A DNA stretch of 64,000 nucleotides, taken from a virus. Below, one piece after another: positions 36,386 through 43,804 of the stretch (position 1 is the stretch's first letter; each line of letters starts with the position of its first letter). The position numbers and the translations under genes are program-made. The stretch lies in IMG/VR virus record IMGVR_UViG_3300009510_000002; one strand, 5' to 3'. Below the pieces are notes generated by a model. That model did not search any database and was not told the DNA's origin. It worked only from the letters and a program-made list of their open reading frames with translations.

Positions 36386-36790
36386 TTAGCCTGCTGCTGC
36401 CGCTTCTTTTGCAAGTAAACCCTCAGCGATCGCCCAAGAGTTTTCAACCACATTAGTAGTGTCGTGGGGCAGGAGGATACTTGGCCCACCTCTTTGAATT
36501 TTTAGATTGATAACTGCCGATGCAATTGAACCAGCAATTTCAGTTGCAATGGGGAGTACCCCATGAGCTTTATTAGCAGGAACAGTTGCTGGGTGAGGTG
36601 TGGATGCTGGTGGATTTGTAGGTGCAGGTGCGGCAGTTGCTACTACAGGTGTAACGGCGTTGGGGGGGATAGCCGTGGGGTTTGTACCAGTAGTTGCAGG
36701 GGTAGTAGTTGGATTAGGGGCAGTGGCAACTACTGGTGTAGTTGTTTCAGATGGTGTAGTCGGATTAGATTCAACGGTTGCGGTAGCCAT
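36386..36790 (-). CDS. P/T/A-rich protein, paralog of 37010..37354
   Basis: N-terminal MATATVESNPTTPSETTTP low-complexity region followed by a conserved C-terminal ~50 aa. Confidence 0.5.
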   Translation of the reverse strand: MATATVESNPTTPSETTTPVVATAPNPTTTPATTGTNPTAIPPNAVTPVVATAAPAPTNPPASTPHPATVPANKAHGVLPIATEIAGSIASAVINLKIQRGGPSILLPHDTTNVVENSWAIAEGLLAKEAAAAG

Positions 36791-36940
36791 AAATTAATTT
36801 CTAGAAAAATTACAACTTATTTAATTATAATCGCCAAAATTTTAAACCACCACTATTAAAAAGTTCTATCAGCGATCGCTAGTGACCGCCAACAGAACTG
36901 ATAAGCATTTACCATTACCCTATAATATCTTAACCACCAA

Positions 36941-36972
36941 TAAAAAGTTCTGTTTACTGGTGTAAACAGAAC
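36941..36972 (-). terminator. terminator GTTCTGTTTAC/GTAAACAGAAC (11-bp stem) with T-run on the minus strand
   Basis: Read directly, downstream of 37010..37354. Confidence 0.6.
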
Positions 36973-37009
36973 GATTTTTAAATCCATCTTGCTTGTAATT
37001 TATTTTAAC

Positions 37010-37354
37010 TCAGTTTTTACTAGTTTCTGCAATTATCTGTTTAGCCAGAGCGATCGCACTCTGGGAGATATTGCTAATATCAGCAGGACTCAGAACCAGA
37101 GGAATTCCTCTGGTTGCCTTGTTTCCTAGAACCTGCCCAGCCGCTATAGCGGCGATATTTAAAGCTGCCACTTGGAGCTTGTTTGGAGCGGGTTCTGGGC
37201 TTGTTGTCGTGGGTGTCGTCGGGGGTGTCGCTGGTTCAGGTACAGCAGCAGTAGTAGGAGGTGTTGATGGAGTTGTATTGCTATTTTCTGGTGGAGTATT
37301 AGTAGAGGGTTCTGGTGGAGTAGTTGGTTGGTTTGCTGTTGGAGTAGTAGCCAT
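37010..37354 (-). CDS. P/T-rich protein, paralog of 36386..36790
   Basis: MATTPTANQPTTPPEPSTNTPP..., C-terminal IAAIAAGQVLGNKATRGIPLVLSPADISN similar to its neighbour. Confidence 0.5.
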   Translation of the reverse strand: MATTPTANQPTTPPEPSTNTPPENSNTTPSTPPTTAAVPEPATPPTTPTTTSPEPAPNKLQVAALNIAAIAAGQVLGNKATRGIPLVLSPADISNISQSAIALAKQIIAETSKN

Positions 37355-37378
37355 ATTTTTAAGTAATAAACTATTTCC

Positions 37379-38488
37379 ATGATAATATACTCAAAACTTT
37401 ATTGGAGAATGGACATGATGTACCCTACTTTGTTTTTGATTCGTGGTATCACTGGCAATGGTAAAACCAGTTTAGCTAAAAGGATTGGAGGATGTGTAAA
37501 TATCGCAGCTGATAACTATCCGGGGTTATATGTGGATGGAGAATATCAGCAGCATTTACAGAAGGAATCTCATGAATGGGTTTTACAAAAAGTAGAAGAA
37601 TGGATGGGATCAAAACTTGATATCGCTGTTCACAATACTTTTGTTCGCACATTTTATCTGGATCAATACCTTAAATTAGCGAAGAAATATGGGTATGCGG
37701 TTCAGATAATCACGTCAGAAGCAGTTATCTTACCAAATGGTGAAAGAACAAAATCAACACACAATGTCCCTGAAAGTGTAATTGACCGAATGAAAGAGCA
37801 GTGGGAACCATTTAACCCACCTACACGCAAGGGGATGACTTTTAAAGATTTAGCTCGTCAATTTCATTGGGTCCCTCAAAAGTATGAGATTAGCTTTCCG
37901 CCAGATGTAATTATTTTTGACAAAGACGGTACAATTACCAAACCAAAAGATGATAATAGAATCTTCCAAAAAACACCTGATGATTTTATCCTCAACCTTG
38001 ACTTTTTTAACCTTATAGACTTTCTGAGCATTAACTCTGTTGAATTCTCGGCTTACGTTATTAGTAATCAGAAGGGAGTATCCACAGGGCAGAAAACTCT
38101 AGATTTTCTGAAGCAAGAAGTTGAGTTAATGCATCAAAAGATCTACAATGCTTTTTCTGGAATTTATAAGTCTTGGCATTTTACAAAAAGCTTTTTTGCG
38201 ATTAGCGATCGCGAGTATTTGACCTACGATCCTAACGAGAGGATTTGGGACAATAGAGCATCTAAGTTCGTGGTCTACAAGCCAGGGATTGAGTTGTATT
38301 GCCAAATTATTGAGAATACAGAAAACTACCAGTCCAAGAAGTTTTGGATTATTGGTGATGCACACACAGATGGATCGTCGGAAGATTGGCAAGCGGCTAG
38401 TAAGGTAATTAATCATTACGAAGATGTGGACATAGCTTACATCCCAATTGAAATTGCTTACCAACTAGCAGCCAGTGCACTGAAATAG
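37379..38488 (+). CDS. bifunctional polynucleotide kinase / HAD 3'-phosphatase-like protein (Pnkp-like)
   Basis: N-terminal P-loop GITGNGKTS. C-terminal HAD motifs IIFDKDGTIT (DxDGT), VISNQKG, IIGDAHTD. Start uncertain. Confidence 0.6.
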   Translation: MIIYSKLYWRMDMMYPTLFLIRGITGNGKTSLAKRIGGCVNIAADNYPGLYVDGEYQQHLQKESHEWVLQKVEEWMGSKLDIAVHNTFVRTFYLDQYLKLAKKYGYAVQIITSEAVILPNGERTKSTHNVPESVIDRMKEQWEPFNPPTRKGMTFKDLARQFHWVPQKYEISFPPDVIIFDKDGTITKPKDDNRIFQKTPDDFILNLDFFNLIDFLSINSVEFSAYVISNQKGVSTGQKTLDFLKQEVELMHQKIYNAFSGIYKSWHFTKSFFAISDREYLTYDPNERIWDNRASKFVVYKPGIELYCQIIENTENYQSKKFWIIGDAHTDGSSEDWQAASKVINHYEDVDIAYIPIEIAYQLAASALK

Positions 38489-38618
38489 AAGACAAAAAGA
38501 ACCCCAAACTATTTACATTAAATGAGGTGAGCAAATAGCTTGGGGTTCAATTAAAAACAATCTAAAAGGACAATGAACTACGATAATTTAACCTGGATAT
38601 ATTATAGTTGTCAACTAT

Positions 38619-39254
38619 TTAAACACTCATCTTTAATTTTTGTGCTTCAGACAAGTTCCCTTCTTGTAATTGCTTTAGTCTCTCCTCGCGGGAGACTTTC
38701 TTCGAGAATCCGTACAAGGAAGTAATTATTTCTTCCTTCGTACACTGTAATTCTTTTCCTCGCCTTTCAAGGAAAAGTTCATATTCTTCATAGTTGTAGT
38801 CTACGAATAGACCCAAACCTAAACATCCAATTTGATGTTTGTCAAACACTCCTCCACCTTCTTCTATGGCGCGCTTGTAAATCCTTTCCGGTACCTGTCC
38901 CCGGAAATTACATCGCCCCTCTGGAGGGAATTGGACAATTGCACTAGCTAAAAGGTTTTCGTGTTTTTTGAGAAATTCTAAGGCTAGGCGCATAGCTTCC
39001 ATAGCTACATGAGATTTACTGTAGCCAAGTGCCCCGCGTACTTGAATCACAGAATTATAAAGATTCGGGGGAACCATGATATTTAGTTCGACGGTTACTA
39101 ATTTAGTAACTAGTTCACCCTTTACTTTTCCTCGGTCGGGGTGTGACTGGATATCTTCTGCTAGTTCATGCTCAGTTTTTGGTTTTTTGCTCATTTTCCA
39201 GGAATCTCGGAACTCTACTAATTTAGATATACCATAATTAAGAGGTTCTTTCAA
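38619..39254 (-). CDS. hypothetical protein
   Basis: 211-aa ORF. Confidence 0.55.
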   Translation of the reverse strand: MKEPLNYGISKLVEFRDSWKMSKKPKTEHELAEDIQSHPDRGKVKGELVTKLVTVELNIMVPPNLYNSVIQVRGALGYSKSHVAMEAMRLALEFLKKHENLLASAIVQFPPEGRCNFRGQVPERIYKRAIEEGGGVFDKHQIGCLGLGLFVDYNYEEYELFLERRGKELQCTKEEIITSLYGFSKKVSREERLKQLQEGNLSEAQKLKMSV

Positions 39255-39345
39255 AAGAAGATCCGATATTCCCGTATTCTCAGCGTAAATACTGTTAAAA
39301 TGGTAAAGTCACGTCAAATGACAACACAAAACACCATAACCCAAC

Positions 39346-39373
39346 GACCCCAACTTTGGGGTCTTTATTTTTA
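39346..39373 (+). terminator. orphan + strand terminator GACCCCAA/TTGGGGTC plus TTTATTTTTATT
   Basis: No + strand CDS upstream. Confidence 0.5.
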
Positions 39374-39409
39374 TTGAGCATCTACCTACGACATGCGCGA
39401 CAATAACGC

Positions 39410-39916
39410 TTGTACTACGACAGACACGTCATCCTCGACATGGACAAAAAACAAGCTGCTGAATTTTTAGGTGTTAGTCAGCGCATGATTGAACGCTATA
39501 CTCAGTCTGGCGAGATTGGGTGTACATATATTAAGCAAGGACGGGTAAATAAGGCTATATATGACGAAGAGGAATTAAGGAGATTTAAAGAACGGCGAGA
39601 AAAACCAATTCGTCCATCCATTACCACTGATACACCACGACAATCTCCGACATCCCACGACATTATACCGTACCCTGACACCTCCGACAGTATTGAAGAT
39701 ATCGTTGAAATAACCAGGATTTTCACCATAGGATTACAGCAAATTAGAACCAGTGAAAAGCTGGTATTAACACTGAAAGAATGTCAGTTACTAACTGGGC
39801 TTTCTCGTAAATATTTGTTGGATGCGATCGCGTCTAAGAAGCTAAAAGCCAAGTATATTGGCAGGGGGTGGAAAATTACCAGAATAGATTTAAAGGCTTT
39901 TACTAGATCCTTTTAG
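39410..39916 (+). CDS. DNA-binding protein with two excisionase/MerR-type HTH segments
   Basis: KQAAEFLGVSQRMIERYTQSGEI and LTLKECQLLTGLSRKYLLDAIASKKLKAKYIGRGWKITRIDLKAF. Confidence 0.55.
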   Translation: MYYDRHVILDMDKKQAAEFLGVSQRMIERYTQSGEIGCTYIKQGRVNKAIYDEEELRRFKERREKPIRPSITTDTPRQSPTSHDIIPYPDTSDSIEDIVEITRIFTIGLQQIRTSEKLVLTLKECQLLTGLSRKYLLDAIASKKLKAKYIGRGWKITRIDLKAFTRSF

Positions 39917-40045
39917 ATCCGTCTTCTAAGAATAGGGGGTCAAACCCCCTATCTATTTTTCTTCCTGCTAAAGATAGATTTTAAGAAACAAGGCTATAAT
40001 TTTTTTTAATTATTGTATTTTGCAAGCAATTTATTTGGTTTAAAA

Positions 40046-40531
40046 ATGTTAACAATTCAGTTAAGTACAGGAAGCCTACGTACATCGCTAAGTAGGTTTT
40101 TGGATACACCCATATTGGTCGAAAAAGTTGGCGACAAATACCAAGGGCTTGTTTTTTTAGATGGGGAGAATTTATTTAAAACCCCACTTTACAATTCCCC
40201 CAAATATACTTTACAAAAACTTCAAAGGAAAGCAGTTGAAAATTATTGCTACTCATCAAGATACCCTACCGTTATGATGAGTATTCGTGGCCAAAAGCAA
40301 AAAGTGGTTGCATTGAACGAATTGGCAGAGAATTTTTTAGGGGACAAATTAAATGGGGAACCTTCGATTTTTAGTAAATGGGGACGGGAATATATGCGGA
40401 AACACTTACTTTCTTTAAAAATTGCAGACATTGATCATTTAAATACAAAAAATGCCTTGATAGAAATTAAAAGGGTATCAAAGGCACTTTTTGTTTATTC
40501 ATTTGTAAATTGGGAGGATTCTATTTACTAA
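40046..40531 (+). CDS. hypothetical protein
   Basis: First ATG in the ORF-track frame. The track start at 40013 is TTG. Confidence 0.45.
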   Translation: MLTIQLSTGSLRTSLSRFLDTPILVEKVGDKYQGLVFLDGENLFKTPLYNSPKYTLQKLQRKAVENYCYSSRYPTVMMSIRGQKQKVVALNELAENFLGDKLNGEPSIFSKWGREYMRKHLLSLKIADIDHLNTKNALIEIKRVSKALFVYSFVNWEDSIY

Positions 40532-41327
40532 TCTCTTCATACTCTAATATCAAGTCTTCAATTAACTTAATAATTTGTTCGTAGCAATTACCTAATTTAG
40601 CGTCCCAAGTACTTTGCAGGGTGGTTAACTTTCTTCTATCCAAATATTCTACCATGAACCAAGCTATGGTATAGAGTGTATTCTCTGATATCTCTATACC
40701 ATCTACATTATTTCTAATATGGTGCAAAGTCTCAAGCGGGATATTGGTCATTCCCGCGCAATCAACCAAAGAAAAATTTCTCTTGGTCAGTACGTATATA
40801 AAAGCTTTTTGTAAGCGATTTAAAAGATCTCCGGAAATTGTACTCTGTCTTTTGTCAGATTGCCCTTTTAATCTTTCGGCTAATAATTGGCTTGATATTG
40901 CGACAATGTTAGCCAGTTCAGCCGTAGAGGCATTCTGAAGCCGAGACTCTAGGTCTTCAGCCTCAGAGACAGTACAGTTTAGTTTGTTTATCAAAAAGCT
41001 GGCCAGTGACATCCCGTAAAATTTAGCCAGCATTGCCAAGTCTGTGACTTTTGGCACATCAGTTTGAGCCGGGTCAGACCAACGCCGGATTTTGTTTCTT
41101 CCTATTTCCGGAATTTTACTTTCTATTTCTGCGGACAACTTATAGGGTGTTAGATCTTTTTCTCTGGCTTCCTGCCTGAAAAAGGTTACGAGCTTGGCTT
41201 TAATATCTTCCTCGGGTGGAAAGTAATTCGCCGATTTTACGTTTCCACTTACATCACGATCATCACGATAATTATTATCTTCCTTACCATTCACTGAAGT
41301 CTCACCGCTTAGTAACACCATAACCAC
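40521..41327 (-). CDS. double XRE-type HTH regulator encoded directly downstream of the Cas12-like gene
   Basis: KIRRWSDPAQTDVPKVTDLAMLAKFYGMSLASFL and SLVDCAGMTNIPLETLHHIRNN resemble two XRE HTH units. Confidence 0.55.
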   Translation of the reverse strand: MVMVLLSGETSVNGKEDNNYRDDRDVSGNVKSANYFPPEEDIKAKLVTFFRQEAREKDLTPYKLSAEIESKIPEIGRNKIRRWSDPAQTDVPKVTDLAMLAKFYGMSLASFLINKLNCTVSEAEDLESRLQNASTAELANIVAISSQLLAERLKGQSDKRQSTISGDLLNRLQKAFIYVLTKRNFSLVDCAGMTNIPLETLHHIRNNVDGIEISENTLYTIAWFMVEYLDRRKLTTLQSTWDAKLGNCYEQIIKLIEDLILEYEEISK

Positions 41328-41455
41328 ATACTACCGCTTTGCAACTACACATATCTTATAATATTATCAAATAAATATTTTTGCAAAACAAGTATATTTT
41401 TGCAAATCGCATGAAATACTTGTGGTGGCAGTATTTCAGCGATTTCGTTTTTAGC

Positions 41456-43336
41456 TTAAGTTTTCACCACTATTGGTTTTATTCTCTTTGTTTTAGCCGT
41501 TTTTGGTTTAACAGCCTTTCTGGTTTTTTTGATAGTGCGTTTTTTGCTGTCTACACCCTCTAGCGATTCAGGTGGCACAGGCTTGTCAGTGCGGGTAATA
41601 TGAGAAAACCATTCATAGTGCTTAATATCTTTTTCATCACAAAAAGCACCGTAATAATCATTTTGTGCAGCATTTGTATCAGCGTTTTGTTGAATTTGAT
41701 AAAGCTTACAACGTTCGTTTAAGCAGTAAAACTCAAGAGCTTTTGGGTGTCTACCTAGTTCCCCACAACAGTGACATATCTGGCTGGAATAAGGAGATGG
41801 GGACAAAGTGAAGCTATCTGGTCCCCTAAATCGCCGACATTTCTCCTCCACCAGCGATCGGTATCGTCCCCATCTAGCATCTAAAATTTCGCGATTTAAA
41901 TCAGATTGGTGTTCCGCACCATTTGGTTCATATCCTTTACCATCTGCACTTGGTATCGGATCCGGACGCTTCACCATCTCGTCTGTCGGCATTTCCTCAA
42001 TAGTTATTTTCCCAAAGCGGCGTACCAGAATAGTTGAGGATTTATGCAAAAATGCATTGGCGGGTCGCCGGATCTTGGTTTCATTGATTTTACCTTTTCG
42101 GTGGAGCGTTTTTTTGTAATTATTACTATCTCCCCGCAAATGATCCACGGACAACCCTTGCTCTTGGCGCTCCTTGATTAATTTTTTCCTATCGCTGCGT
42201 TGTCTGGCTAGTTTACGCTCGATTCTTGCTAATTTTCGAGCTTGTTTGGCAGCAAACCGAGGATTTTTGACATGGCTACCAGGTTCGTCACTGGACATGA
42301 GGTTGATTAGCCCCGTATGGACAGCTATTCCCCGCTTCCGAGGTTTAATTTTGGCTTTTTTACGTACCTGTATTGATAATTCTGCCTTTAAATCACTGAT
42401 TTGCTGCTTAAGCAACTCTTTTTCCACAAACTCCGGAGTCTTTTTCAACTGAGCTTCCAGTTTACGAATTTTAACTTCCAAAGGATGGGCACTGACAATA
42501 CACACATACCACCCGGTGGGTTCTTCCTTAATAGTTACCGCCCTAATGGCTCCGGGGGTAGATCGCACCTCTTCGGGAATTCGCTCATGATTCTTATTTA
42601 CAAATCTTAGTGATAAAGGATGCTGCTTACCTTCACCATCTACCCATTTACCAGGGAGCCTAAGTCTATCGCCATCAAACCAGATCTGCTCTGGACTAAT
42701 GCAATGGAATGATGGCAACATCTCATTCTTTTTAAAATTAGGCATACAAGCTTTTTCTATCTTGGGGTTCAAATAAGCTTCCCAAGCAGCAACTAAGCGA
42801 TTAAACACAGTCCCCTTCATCCAAGACGACGGTACAGTGAGTTCCCCCAGTAGTTTTAGTTTCGGCTGACCCTTTTCTACACGATCCTTATTTATTAGCC
42901 GCCGGCGGGAGTCTTCTTCTTCACGCATCAAATCACATCTTGTCTTAGTCAGGTACCCTGTAAGGGTCATAAAAAGGTCTGGATTTTTGGGTCTAGCCTT
43001 ATTTTCAGGGTAATGGGACAACAGAGTTGGTTCCTCTGGTAGCATTTTTGGGGGTATGGGGGTGTAGACTCCATTTTTAATAATTGCAATTTCACAAGTT
43101 GGCGATGCCCATGCCCTCTTTTTATTTAAGCGGAGCCTACAGCGGAGAATCCCGTTCATGTTGATTTTTTCTTTTGCTGCGTTTTTTAACATGAACTCGT
43201 AATACCTAAACTGCTGATACTCAATCAGCAACTCTAGCGCCTTGTTCCAAATCCACCTTAAATTAGCTGCATTTCTGCCAGTAAAGAAATTTTTCTCCCA
43301 ATCATTCATGTAGATTTTGCACTCAGTCGTTATCAT
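41456..43336 (-). CDS. TnpB/Cas12-like RNA-guided effector candidate (type V-like), RuvC-I Asp replaced by His
   Basis: TnpB-like WED/REC strings. RuvC-I position reads RGIAVHTGL (H340), RuvC-II ITIEEM (E447). Zn ribbon C521xxC524...C538x4C543. RuvC-III NADTNAAQN (D553). Adjacent CRISPR array. Confidence 0.8.
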   Translation of the reverse strand: MITTECKIYMNDWEKNFFTGRNAANLRWIWNKALELLIEYQQFRYYEFMLKNAAKEKINMNGILRCRLRLNKKRAWASPTCEIAIIKNGVYTPIPPKMLPEEPTLLSHYPENKARPKNPDLFMTLTGYLTKTRCDLMREEEDSRRRLINKDRVEKGQPKLKLLGELTVPSSWMKGTVFNRLVAAWEAYLNPKIEKACMPNFKKNEMLPSFHCISPEQIWFDGDRLRLPGKWVDGEGKQHPLSLRFVNKNHERIPEEVRSTPGAIRAVTIKEEPTGWYVCIVSAHPLEVKIRKLEAQLKKTPEFVEKELLKQQISDLKAELSIQVRKKAKIKPRKRGIAVHTGLINLMSSDEPGSHVKNPRFAAKQARKLARIERKLARQRSDRKKLIKERQEQGLSVDHLRGDSNNYKKTLHRKGKINETKIRRPANAFLHKSSTILVRRFGKITIEEMPTDEMVKRPDPIPSADGKGYEPNGAEHQSDLNREILDARWGRYRSLVEEKCRRFRGPDSFTLSPSPYSSQICHCCGELGRHPKALEFYCLNERCKLYQIQQNADTNAAQNDYYGAFCDEKDIKHYEWFSHITRTDKPVPPESLEGVDSKKRTIKKTRKAVKPKTAKTKRIKPIVVKT

Positions 43337-43489
43337 CCCCGTTACCCCTAAACCGTGACATGAACTAATTTAATCCAAAAAAGAACATCTTGCCTTTTTT
43401 GAAATTATGGATCATAATGTGTTTACTTTGAATTTTTCAAAGTCTACGCGGCTTGGTCTGCGGAAGTTAAAGCTTGTTCTGAACTTAAG

Positions 43490-43804
43490 TTCAGTATTTG
43501 GGGGACAAAATACCAGTGGGAGTACCCCCAAGCGACCAGTAGGTGAAAGCCCTGGATTGAGACAAGTCCCTCAATGAGCGGGCCGGAATCCTGCTCCGAT
43601 CCCGGGCAACCGGAATACCTACACTCTTAGAGCGATCTGCTACCTGAACCTTGACAATTGCGCGCGTGCCACCCTTGCGATCTTTGCTCTGCAACGATTT
43701 TGGGTATCTGCTGTATCTCACGCGGGAATAAACACAGCTTGTTTACCTGAACTTCGGAAACCCTTTCTGGAATTCTTTCTACGACTGGGTTCTGGAGGGG
43801 AGGG
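43490..43804. ncRNA. ORF-free GC-rich structured region between effector gene and array: tracrRNA/leader candidate
   Basis: Stems such as GGGGG(43500-04)/CCCCC(43525-29). Anti-repeat CTTGCGATCT at 43674-43683 is complementary to the repeat 3' end. The ORFs predicted here look spurious. Confidence 0.5.

Noticed and set aside
36563-37382. Track ORFs 36563..36859, 36600..36797, 37071..37382 (+) and 37159..37380 (-)
   Set aside because: They are Gly/Val/Cys-rich or Leu/His/Gln-rich mirror translations of the Pro/Thr-rich genes on the minus strand. These are composition artefacts.
41381-42610. Plus-strand track ORFs antisense to the Cas12-like gene (41381..41563, 41808..42119, 42174..42452, 42401..42610)
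   Set aside because: All are fully nested antisense to a long ORF with clear family motifs. They are Phe/Leu/Ser/Arg-rich, as expected for the mirror frames of a Lys/Glu/Arg-rich gene.
41456-43336. Ordinary IS200/IS605 or IS607 TnpB
   Set aside because: There is no TnpA gene next to it and no second copy or recognisable IS ends in the window. A regular spacer-bearing repeat array sits beside it. I cannot exclude an IS origin without searches.
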